In this document: in pieces, positions 7,743 through 15,991 of the stretch
Layout: the number at the start of each line of letters is the position of its first letter
Position numbering within the stretch: the first letter of the stretch is position 1
Source of the DNA: Alphaproteobacteria bacterium
GTDB taxonomy: Bacteria; Pseudomonadota; Alphaproteobacteria; RF32; CAG-239
Reading direction: 5' to 3'
Assembly: GCA_017484225.1 (NCBI GenBank)
Contig: JAFUTN010000034.1
Location: 17,844 to 81,843, forward strand
Length of the DNA: 64,000 bases
Made by a program: the position numbers and the translations under genes
Notes under the pieces: generated by a model
The model's database searches: none
What the model saw: only the letters and a program-made list of their open reading frames with translations
What the model was told of the DNA's origin: nothing

Positions 7743-10448
7743 TCAATGTGCCTGCGCCCAGTTGTCTCCGAGTGCCGGTTCAGCCAGCATTTTGACAGCC
7801 AAATCGGCAACATTTTCCATTATATTTTTCATCAGTTCGCCGACAGCCTGTGCTTCTTCTGCTTTTGCCTCCACCACCAATTCATCATGCACTTGCAACA
7901 GCAAACGCGCACTCGGAAATTTATCTTTCAACGCAAAATAAACTCTTTGCATTGCCAGTTTAACCAAATCGGCAGCTCCACCCTGAATCGGGGCATTAAT
8001 TGCCGCACGCTCCGCCATGGCAACCAAAGATTTGTTTTGGTCGTTGATGCCGAAAACCGAGCATTTGCGTCCGAACGGAGTTGTAACAAACCCGTTTGCA
8101 TGAGCAAAAGCAATGGTTTTGTTCATAAATTCTTTTATTTCCGGCATAACGGCAAAATATGTATCAATATATTGCTTGGCTTCGGCACTGCCGATTCCAA
8201 GCTGCTTTGCCAATCCGTATTGTGAAATTCCGTAAACAATTCCGAAATTTATTGCTTTTGCCCGACTGCGATGTTCTTTGTCAACCTGCTCATAAGGCAA
8301 ACCGAAAACTCTTGCAGCCGTTGCCGCATGAATATCTACGCCGTTGGCAAATGCCTCTTGCAAAGCCCTGACTCCGGCAACTGCCGCCAGCAAACGCAAC
8401 TCCATCTGGCTGTAATCGGCATCAACGATTTTGTATCCTTTTTGTGCCACAAAACACTCACGAATTTTGTGTCCCGTTTCGCCATGGTTCGGAATATTTT
8501 GCAAATTTGGATTAGATGAAGCAAGTCTTCCCGTATTAACAACCGTTTGCGAAAACGTTGTATGGACACGGTTGTCGGCATCTTTTGCTTCCAATAATGC
8601 CGTAGTATAAGTTGATTTCAGTTTGGCATACCCGCGCCATTCCAAAATTTTTGCCGCCAACTCATTTTCATCAGCAAGTTTTTCCAAAACTTCGGCACTG
8701 GTGTTATAACTTCCGGAGGCATTTTTTTTACCCTTTAATCCCATTTTACCGAATAAAATTTTACCAATCTGCTTAGGAGATGCAATATTAAACTCTTCAC
8801 CGGCCAACGCATAAATTTGCTTTTCCGTAGCAGCTAAATCTTTGCTCAATGCCTCATCTAACCGGCGCAGAGCCTGCTCATCAACGGTAATACCGTTGTT
8901 TTCCATTTCATACAAAACCTGCACCAAGCGGCGTTCCACTGTTTCATATATATAATTTTTATGTTCCGAAAAAATACGTTGGCTCAGCACATTGTATATT
9001 TGCAACACAAAATCTGCTGCGGCAAAAACAAAATTTCCGGCGCTTTCACTTTCAAAATTTATTATTTTACTTTTGGAATCCGCTGTCGGTAGCGATAATG
9101 TTTCCCCAAGACAAATCTCTGCCAAATCGCTTAGCGAGTGCCCATGTTCCGAGCTGTCCAAAACATACGACATTACAGCTGTGTCATGATACGGAAATAA
9201 ATCAATATCACAGCCTGAAAAATTTTTCAGCCAATGCCATTGGGGCTTTAAATCAAGAGCAATTTTTACAATGTTTTTGTCACTTAAAACATTAAGCAAA
9301 AACTGTTTAACGGCAGCAATATCAAGTTCTGTTTTGGGCGCCGGAGAAAATAAATCTTCGGTTTGTGTATCTGTCAACACCGGCAGATAATATGCTTCAT
9401 TTTCCGCACAGCACAAACTGAAACCGACTGTTTTTGAGTTGTTATGCAAAACCTGAAATGCCAATTTTCCGCTAATCTTTATTTTTTGCAAAATTTCGGC
9501 CAGTTGTTTTTTGTTTTCTATTTTAGAATACTTTTTTTCGGTTTTTTTCTGAATTGCCGTCAATTCAATTCCGCCAAATTCGGCAGAGCGCTCCTCAACC
9601 CATTTTTCCAATTTCGGCCGAACACTCTTAAATCCGTATTTATCGGCAAATTGCAGAGCAACTTTCATATCCGGTGCCTGAGCGGCAAATTCTTCTATAT
9701 CAACTTTTACCGGAACATCTTTTTTCAAGGTCACCAATTTAAGCGAAATTTCCGCAGCTTCTTTGTTTTGCATAATCAATTCACGTTTACGCGCCTGCGG
9801 AATTTGCTCGGCATTCGCCAAAACCTGCTGCAAAGAACCGAACTGATTAACCAACTCCGCCGCCGTTTTCGGACCTATTCCCGGAACTCCCGGAATATTA
9901 TCTATTTTATCGCCTGACAGCGCTTGCACATCTACAACCTTATCCGGTGTAACTCCGAATTTTTCCACCACATCTTTATCGGTGAAAAACTTATCTTTCA
10001 TTCCGTCATAAAATTCAACGTCGTTTTTAATCAACTGCATTAAATCTTTATCGCCGGAGACAACAACGACTTTCCAATTTTTTTGCAAGGCTTGCTCGGT
10101 ATAGGTGGCAATCAAGTCGTCGGCTTCATATCCTTCCTGCATGGTCCATGGCAAATTAAGCGCTTCCACGGCATGGTGTATGATATCAAACTGCGGAATC
10201 AAAAGTTCCGGAGTTTCCCCGCGTGTAGCCTTGTATTGATTAAAAATTTCGTTACGAAAATTTTCGCGTTTTGCATCAAACACTACCACGCAATAATCGC
10301 ACTTGATTTTGTTTAAGAGGCGCATAAACATGGTCATTATTCCGTAAACGGCATTAACCGGAGTTCCATCCGGAGCAGTCATCGGCGGTAAAGCGTAAAA
10401 GGCACGGAAAATATATCCGGAACCGTCTATCAGGCAAATTTTGGTCAT
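7743..10448 (-). CDS. polA: DNA polymerase I
   Basis: 901 aa with an N-terminal 5'-3' exonuclease (LIDGSGYIFRAFYA) and C-terminal Pol A motifs (DYSQMELRLLA, RSRAKAINFGIVYG, QVHDELV). Confidence 0.96.
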   Translation of the reverse strand: MTKICLIDGSGYIFRAFYALPPMTAPDGTPVNAVYGIMTMFMRLLNKIKCDYCVVVFDAKRENFRNEIFNQYKATRGETPELLIPQFDIIHHAVEALNLPWTMQEGYEADDLIATYTEQALQKNWKVVVVSGDKDLMQLIKNDVEFYDGMKDKFFTDKDVVEKFGVTPDKVVDVQALSGDKIDNIPGVPGIGPKTAAELVNQFGSLQQVLANAEQIPQARKRELIMQNKEAAEISLKLVTLKKDVPVKVDIEEFAAQAPDMKVALQFADKYGFKSVRPKLEKWVEERSAEFGGIELTAIQKKTEKKYSKIENKKQLAEILQKIKISGKLAFQVLHNNSKTVGFSLCCAENEAYYLPVLTDTQTEDLFSPAPKTELDIAAVKQFLLNVLSDKNIVKIALDLKPQWHWLKNFSGCDIDLFPYHDTAVMSYVLDSSEHGHSLSDLAEICLGETLSLPTADSKSKIINFESESAGNFVFAAADFVLQIYNVLSQRIFSEHKNYIYETVERRLVQVLYEMENNGITVDEQALRRLDEALSKDLAATEKQIYALAGEEFNIASPKQIGKILFGKMGLKGKKNASGSYNTSAEVLEKLADENELAAKILEWRGYAKLKSTYTTALLEAKDADNRVHTTFSQTVVNTGRLASSNPNLQNIPNHGETGHKIRECFVAQKGYKIVDADYSQMELRLLAAVAGVRALQEAFANGVDIHAATAARVFGLPYEQVDKEHRSRAKAINFGIVYGISQYGLAKQLGIGSAEAKQYIDTYFAVMPEIKEFMNKTIAFAHANGFVTTPFGRKCSVFGINDQNKSLVAMAERAAINAPIQGGAADLVKLAMQRVYFALKDKFPSARLLLQVHDELVVEAKAEEAQAVGELMKNIMENVADLAVKMLAEPALGDNWAQAH

Positions 10449-10584
10449 AACATTCTTCCTTTTTGTTTTAATATATATATAAACTTTTTCCGTTCGCCAA
10501 GCTTTTTAAATTTGCTGATGTTTATAAAACCTTCATTAACTTATTGGAGAGTATAATCGCCACAGATTCTAGTATAAGGAAATA

Positions 10585-12612
10585 ATGATGGCTACCACGC
10601 AAAAAAAACAAACAGGAACAAAAAAAGAAACAAAAACCGTGTATTTGCAACAGCGCGCCAAAGCTGCACCGGCAAAAAGGAAAAAAGCTAAAAAAAGCGC
10701 TCGTTCAAAAAAAAGCGGCAAAAATTTTTCGTGGGTTCTGCTCTTAATTAAACTTGCGCTGATTGTTATTTTTGTGTTGGCCGGCTATGTTGCTTATTGT
10801 TGGTTTACGATGCCGGATATAGCCAAAGCCGTGGCGCAAACACGCCAGCCGTCAACCGTGATTATGGCGGAAAACGGCAATGATATTGCCAAATTCGGAC
10901 AAGTTTATGATAAAGTAATTTATCCGGATAAACTGCCGAAAAATCTTACCAATGCCATTATTGCCACCGAGGACAGACGTTTTTATCAGCATTTCGGGTT
11001 TGATATTATCGGATTTACGCGGGCAATGCTGACTAATGTTTTTCGCAAGCGCTATGCACAAGGTGCTTCTACCATTACGCAACAAGTGGCAAAAAATGTA
11101 TTTTTAACACCAAACAAAACCATTAAGCGCAAAGTGCAGGAACTCTTGCTCTCCTTTTGGCTTGAAAATAAATTCAGTAAAAATCAAATAATGGCACTTT
11201 ATCTGAATCGCGTATATTTCGGTTCCGGCAATTACGGTGCCGAGGCGGCAGCCCGTTGGTATTTTAACAAAAGTGTTTACGATTTAAATGTGCGGGAGGC
11301 GGCGATTTTAGCCGGTATGCTGAAAGCTCCGAACAGATATAATCCTATTTTGCAAAGAAAACGCGCACTTGAACGAGCCGACACCGTTTTGGCATTAATG
11401 AAAAAAAGTGATTTTCTTACGGAAAAACAATATGCCCAAGCCAAGAATCTGCCGGTAAACAATGGGCAAAATTATCGTGTGTCGGGTGGAAAGCACTTTG
11501 CTCAATATGTTTATGATGAGGTTAATAATTATATCGGCGAACGTGCAAGCGATATTGCGGTGATGACCACATTAAATCAAAAATTGCAAGAAAATGCCGA
11601 ACAGATATTGCGCAAACATATATTGGCCAACAAAGACAAAAATGTTCATGAAGGAGCTGTTGTTATTATGGATAAAACCGGAGCCGTAAAAGCCATGGTA
11701 GGGGGAATTGATTACAACAAAAGTCAATTTAATCGTGCCGTTCAGGCCAAACGTCAATCCGGTTCGGCATTCAAACCTTTTGTTTATTTAACGGCATTGC
11801 AATATGGTTTTACACCGGAAAGCAAAGTTAAGGATGCGCCGATTACAATCGGAAAATGGAAGCCGGAAAATTATACCAAAAAATATTACGGTGAGGTTAC
11901 TCTTGATTATGCTTTGGCAAATTCGCTCAATGTGGCAACCGTTGCTTTGTCAAGGGAATTGTATCTGAAAGATATTGCAAACAACGCAAAAAATATGGGT
12001 ATCAGCACCAAAATAGATACATCTCCCTCAATGGTTTTGGGAACAAATGCCGTAAAACTTATTGATATGGCAACGGCGTATGCGGTGATGGCAAACGGCG
12101 GAAAAAGCGTGGTTGCGCACACAATCAACGAAATTTCCACCACAGACGGACGACAGCTTTATTTGCGGCCGGAATTTGCGGAAAAACAAATTATTCAACC
12201 GCAAGCGGTGCGTGAAATCACATCTATGTTGGAACACGTAATTAATCGCGGAACCGGTCAAAAAGCAAAATTACCGATATTTGCCGCCGGAAAAACCGGA
12301 ACATCACAAAATTTTCGGGATGCGTGGTTTATCGGTTGGACAAACAAATATATTTGTGCCGTTTGGGTGGGCAATGACAACGAAAAACCGATGAATAAAG
12401 TCGGTGGAGGAAGTTTGCCGGCGCAAATTTGGCACGATATTATGGCAACAACCATCGGAGAGACTCCGCAATCATCCGGCAATACGGCAGCACCGGATGA
12501 TGAAATCGGAAATTTAATTGAAAATGAAACAGATGATGAAATAGGCGCACTTATTGATGAGCAATCGGCAGATGATACCGACGAAATCGGTGAATTGATA
12601 GGCAGGCAGTAA
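10585..12612 (+). CDS. mrcA: penicillin-binding protein 1A (bifunctional transglycosylase/transpeptidase)
   Basis: Lys-rich N-terminus followed by a TM anchor. GT51 motifs are EDRRFYQHFG and GASTITQQVAKN. Transpeptidase motifs are SGSAFKP and KTGTS. The acidic C-terminal tail carries three DDEIGxLI repeats. Confidence 0.9.
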   Translation: MMATTQKKQTGTKKETKTVYLQQRAKAAPAKRKKAKKSARSKKSGKNFSWVLLLIKLALIVIFVLAGYVAYCWFTMPDIAKAVAQTRQPSTVIMAENGNDIAKFGQVYDKVIYPDKLPKNLTNAIIATEDRRFYQHFGFDIIGFTRAMLTNVFRKRYAQGASTITQQVAKNVFLTPNKTIKRKVQELLLSFWLENKFSKNQIMALYLNRVYFGSGNYGAEAAARWYFNKSVYDLNVREAAILAGMLKAPNRYNPILQRKRALERADTVLALMKKSDFLTEKQYAQAKNLPVNNGQNYRVSGGKHFAQYVYDEVNNYIGERASDIAVMTTLNQKLQENAEQILRKHILANKDKNVHEGAVVIMDKTGAVKAMVGGIDYNKSQFNRAVQAKRQSGSAFKPFVYLTALQYGFTPESKVKDAPITIGKWKPENYTKKYYGEVTLDYALANSLNVATVALSRELYLKDIANNAKNMGISTKIDTSPSMVLGTNAVKLIDMATAYAVMANGGKSVVAHTINEISTTDGRQLYLRPEFAEKQIIQPQAVREITSMLEHVINRGTGQKAKLPIFAAGKTGTSQNFRDAWFIGWTNKYICAVWVGNDNEKPMNKVGGGSLPAQIWHDIMATTIGETPQSSGNTAAPDDEIGNLIENETDDEIGALIDEQSADDTDEIGELIGRQ

Positions 12613-12657
12613 AGAAAAAATTTTATCCTGAGCAATCTATATCTTCCGATATTTTTT

Positions 12658-12940
12658 TTGACAACAAATTTTTTGTATGCTACCATTACGGCAGAATGAT
12701 TTTATATCGTTCCAGAACCTGAAAAAACGGTTCGGGGCTGTCAGAGGCTCTTTGTTCAGTGATACCAAAACAGGTATCCTTTAGGGATGCTTTTTGGTTT
12801 TAAATCCCCGCATTGGTCGGGGAGATTATGACGTATGTTCAAGCTTAATTTTTTGAGCTAAAGGTCATAATAGTCATTCCACTGAACATGATTTCTGAAC
12901 TCCCCTGACCGCTTCAAAAAATTGAGGTGGTTTTTTTTGG
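12658..12940 (+). promoter_or_regulatory. promoter plus structured leader RNA, copy A (variant), ending in an intrinsic terminator
   Basis: TTGACA (12658-12663), 17 nt, TACCAT (12681-12686). Hairpin GAACC-TGAAAAAAC-GGTTC. Helices are TGTTCAGTG/CACTGAACA, GGTCGGGGAG/CTCCCC(T)GACC and ATTATGAC/GTCATAAT. Terminator CCGCTTCAA-AAAA-TTGAGGTGG plus T8 (12909-12938) lies just upstream of the RBS GGGAGA and the ATG at 12965. Confidence 0.65.
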
Positions 12941-12964
12941 TTTTAATTTTATGGGAGAAAGAAA

Positions 12965-13921
12965 ATGAAAAAATTTAGAAACACAGGAAACGTCATTGCG
13001 ATGAGGCGTTTTAACGCCGACGTGGCAATCTCCCTCATCAAGGAAAGTATGAATAAAGAATCCTTATTTACAAGAGCCGCTTGTTTTTGGAGATTGCTAC
13101 GCCTGCGGCTCGCAATGACATTTTCTACTCTTACGTTTGTTTTGAGCCTTGGCACGGTGAGCGAATCGTGGGCGGCGTGTGTTGGGGCAACCGCCACTAC
13201 TGCCGGCACCGATGAGGACGGCGATTACTGCGGCACATGGGATTGCGGCGCTACCGGCAGCAACGTTACCTGTACCCTTTCCAAAGGCACTCTTACCATT
13301 TCCGGAGAAGGCGAAATGAAAGATTATGGTGCTAGTTGGACAGGTTGTGGAACATGCTATCCTAAATCATTGAAAACAACGGCACCTTGGAGTGGAAAAA
13401 TGGCAACTAAAGCAGTTATTGAGGGAAATGTGACCAGAATCGGAAATTTTACATTTGCCGGTGAGAGTTATTTAACCGAAATCAGAGGGACTGAAAGCCT
13501 CATTTCCATTGGTAGCTCGGCATTCAATCGCGTGGGGCTAGTGAGTATAGATATTCCAAACGTATTAACCTTAGATAATGCAGCTTTTCATAGAGCTTCT
13601 GATTTACAATATATTAATATGCGTGACGATATAATTTTAACAAATAATGATTGGTTTGGATATATGAATGGTACATTTTTAAATGTTGATGTAGTAAAAA
13701 ACTCTTGCGTTAGCAATCCGGAAACCGGCATGAAAACTTGCGGGTCATGCGGGGATAAATTTGTTCAAGCAGGTGCAGGATGTGTGGATAATTGTTTTGA
13801 CGGGTATTATGCAACAAATTATGATTTGTGCGAAAAAATCAAACTTCGTTATACCTTACCGGAAGCAGATGCGGCAACATCTGACGACAATGAAAATACG
13901 ATTGAGTGGATTTTTGAGTAA
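12965..13921 (+). CDS. secreted BspA-type LRR / Cys-rich protein with conserved C-terminal tail (paralogue 1)
   Basis: RBS GGGAGAAAG. The hydrophobic signal-like segment sits unusually far in (AMTFSTLTFVLSLGTVSESWAA). Also present: the CTLSKGTLTISGEGEMKDY module, LRR_5-like repeats, a Cys-rich stalk and the tail RYTLPEADAATSDDNENTIEWIFE. Confidence 0.8.
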   Translation: MKKFRNTGNVIAMRRFNADVAISLIKESMNKESLFTRAACFWRLLRLRLAMTFSTLTFVLSLGTVSESWAACVGATATTAGTDEDGDYCGTWDCGATGSNVTCTLSKGTLTISGEGEMKDYGASWTGCGTCYPKSLKTTAPWSGKMATKAVIEGNVTRIGNFTFAGESYLTEIRGTESLISIGSSAFNRVGLVSIDIPNVLTLDNAAFHRASDLQYINMRDDIILTNNDWFGYMNGTFLNVDVVKNSCVSNPETGMKTCGSCGDKFVQAGAGCVDNCFDGYYATNYDLCEKIKLRYTLPEADAATSDDNENTIEWIFE

Positions 13922-14082
13922 TCAGCTTGGCGAAAATTTTTCCGCTTATTCCATATCATAGTTGGGAATCCGGTCAAATTTGTCACACAACGCCTGATAG
14001 GCGGCCGCAATATTTTTGAATTTTTCTTCCGCTTCCTTGTCATCTCGGTTGATATCGGGGTGATATTTTTTTGCCAACTTTT
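13799..14082. repeat. 284-bp segmental duplication, copy 1 (partner 15158-15441)
   Basis: Near-identical to 15158-15441 at a constant offset of 1359 bp, with a handful of substitutions. It covers the last ~40 codons of the paralogue gene, the intergenic spacer and the 3' end of the J-domain gene. Confidence 0.9.
13946..14082 (-). pseudogene. relic 3' fragment of the J-domain protein gene (duplicate of the 15305-15441 region)
   Basis: The minus strand reads ...[44 protein letters not shown], matching the last ~45 residues of CDS 15305-15886. Similarity stops abruptly at 14082 and there is no start codon or N-terminal part. Confidence 0.85.
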
Positions 14083-14143
14083 AGGTACTTTTTATACCTC
14101 TACTCCTCGTGAAGCTTATATGTTGTGAACTCGCACATTTTTT

Positions 14144-14360
14144 TTGACAACAAATTTTTTTATCTTTATACTCAAAACAGAACATAAAAAGTGTTCTGAG
14201 GTGTGGAAACCTCCTAGAATAATGAAGTGCTTTATGCGCTTTTCAGTTGTGTATGCATGACTGGAAGGCGGTGTAATAAGGCTATATTAATGGTTAAATA
14301 AACCGCACTAAATTCTAGTAGTTTCCAACTTCCAGTCGCTTTTTTAAAGCGATTTTTTGT
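14144..14360 (+). promoter_or_regulatory. promoter plus structured leader RNA, copy B, ending in an intrinsic terminator
   Basis: TTGACA (14144-14149), 17 nt, TATACT (14167-14172). Hairpin GAACA-TAAAAAG-TGTTC. Helices are TGGAAAC/GTTTCCA, CTAGAAT/ATTCTAG, CTGGAAG/CTTCCAG and GCGGT/ACCGC, the last with an ATAAGGCTAT loop. Terminator is CGCTTT-TTT-AAAGCG plus T6. Confidence 0.7.
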
Positions 14361-14392
14361 TTATCAAAATTAAATGGGAAAGGAAAACTAAG

Positions 14393-15280
14393 ATGAAAAA
14401 GATAATTTTTACAGTAATAATGCTTTGCTGTATAACAATAAAATCTATTGCAGATGATTCTGCACCGACATCCGGAACTTGCAATTCTTCCGGAACCTGC
14501 TTGTGGAATCTAAGCGAAGACGGAACCCTGACAATTTCCGCCAAACCGGGGGCGGAAGACGTTAAAACGGACAATTATCGCTGTGATGATGCCAGTGTAT
14601 CAATATGTCGTGAGAGAGGAACTCTTATTGAGAGGCCTTGGGAAGCGAATCTTGAACAAATTAAAAAGGTTGTTATCGGCGATAATATTTCATACATAGG
14701 TGATGATGCCTTTCAGCTGGCTTCAAATTTAAAATCGGTTACCGGCATGAATGATTTGCAATCTATAGGAAACTACGGAGTGTTTGCCTACACCGGTTTA
14801 ACAGAGTTTACTATGCCGGAAAACATTTCTACTGTCGGTAGTCGTGCTTTTGCCTATACTCCTTCATTGAAAAATTTAATTATTCCGGACCAAATTGAAA
14901 CCATAAGTGCAGATTTCTTTCAACATTTGTCTTCCGGTGCAAATATTACGTGCTTGGGAAATATTGCCTCCTGTAATGCAAAATTGGCAAAATTTTTTAA
15001 AAAAACAGATTGCCCTGAAGGTTTTACCTGTAATTGCACAAGTAACTGCATAAAAACAAGCCAAGTAAAACCGGCATCCGAGACTCAATGTATCGGAGTA
15101 AATTATTACTGGAACGGAGTAAGCTGCGATAATAAAAAAGACGGTATAAATTGTGCCGACGGGTATTATGCAACAAATTATGATTTGTGCGAAAAAATCA
15201 AACTTCGTTATACCTTACCGGAAGCAGATGCGGCAACATCTGACGATAATGAAAATATGATTGAGTGGATTTTTGAGTAA
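14393..15280 (+). CDS. secreted BspA-type LRR / Cys-rich protein with conserved C-terminal tail (paralogue 2)
   Basis: The track ORF starts at 14357 inside the leader terminator. The likely start is ATG 14393 (RBS GGGAAAGGAAAA), giving signal peptide MKKIIFTVIMLCCITIKSIA. Also present: the GTCNSSGTCLWNLSEDGTLTISA module, LRR_5-like repeats (IGDDAFQLASNLKSV, VGSRAFAYTPSLKNLIIP), CIGVNYYWNGVSC and the tail RYTLPEADAATSDDNENMIEWIFE. Confidence 0.85.
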   Translation: MKKIIFTVIMLCCITIKSIADDSAPTSGTCNSSGTCLWNLSEDGTLTISAKPGAEDVKTDNYRCDDASVSICRERGTLIERPWEANLEQIKKVVIGDNISYIGDDAFQLASNLKSVTGMNDLQSIGNYGVFAYTGLTEFTMPENISTVGSRAFAYTPSLKNLIIPDQIETISADFFQHLSSGANITCLGNIASCNAKLAKFFKKTDCPEGFTCNCTSNCIKTSQVKPASETQCIGVNYYWNGVSCDNKKDGINCADGYYATNYDLCEKIKLRYTLPEADAATSDDNENMIEWIFE

Positions 15281-15441
15281 TCAGATTGGCGAAAATTTTT
15301 CCGCTTATTCCATATCATAGTTGGGAATCCGGTCAAATTTGTCACACAACGCCTGATAGGCGGCCGAAATATTTTTGAATTTTTCTTCCGCCTCCTTGTC
15401 ATCTCGGTTGATATCGGGGTGATATTTTTTTGCCAACTTTT
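15158..15441. repeat. 284-bp segmental duplication, copy 2 (partner 13799-14082)
   Basis: See copy 1. In this copy the repeat runs into the intact J-domain gene. Confidence 0.9.
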
Positions 15442-15886
15442 TATACTGCTTTTTAAGCGAATCCGGATTGATATCTCTGATATCCATTTCCATTGTTTTA
15501 ATGTGTTTACGTTCTTCAAAAGTAAAATAAATACCGTCTCCGGAATATTCACCGTTGGAATCCGTATTATTTGCATAACCGCTCTCAAAAAATTCCGCTT
15601 CTTCCCATAAATCATATCCGAATTGATAGCGAACTTTAGATTTGAAACGGCGGTTAAAGTGCATCCGTTGCTGATTTTGTTCTTCTTCAGCTCCTTCTCC
15701 GTCATAATAATTCCACTTGGCGTTGTATTCCTGCACGTGCTTCAGGCAAAACCAATAATATTCTTTGAGTTTGCTGTCTTTAGGCGCACGATACTCACCT
15801 TTTTCGGTGCAGCCCTCATGGTCACACTTGTGGTCCACGTTGTCATTTTGCGGAGCATAATATTTTTTAGAACGTTTTTGCATCAA
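15305..15886 (-). CDS. J-domain-containing protein (C-terminal J domain)
   Basis: C-terminal [36 protein letters not shown] with the HPD tripeptide, and an N-terminal Cys/His-rich segment (HKCDHEGC...CLKH). Confidence 0.8.
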   Translation of the reverse strand: MMQKRSKKYYAPQNDNVDHKCDHEGCTEKGEYRAPKDSKLKEYYWFCLKHVQEYNAKWNYYDGEGAEEEQNQQRMHFNRRFKSKVRYQFGYDLWEEAEFFESGYANNTDSNGEYSGDGIYFTFEERKHIKTMEMDIRDINPDSLKKQYKKLAKKYHPDINRDDKEAEEKFKNISAAYQALCDKFDRIPNYDME

Positions 15887-15991
15887 ATTTCTTTCCGTAT
15901 AACAAAGGCTGTTTTAATCCTGTTTATAAATAAATACAAGCCCTAGATAAAAATTTATTAAGATATATAATTTGTGCCATGGAGGTATGGT

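Noticed and set aside
13849-14043. 64-aa minus-strand ORF over the duplicated segment
   Set aside because: It is in the wrong frame relative to the J-domain relic. The homologous reading frame gives the KLAKKYHPD…NYDME fragment, which lacks a start and is therefore called a pseudogene fragment instead.
15208-15946. 165-aa minus-strand and 107-aa plus-strand ORFs overlapping the J-domain gene
   Set aside because: They are alternative-frame or antisense shadows. Only the frame containing the HPD J-domain motif is credible.
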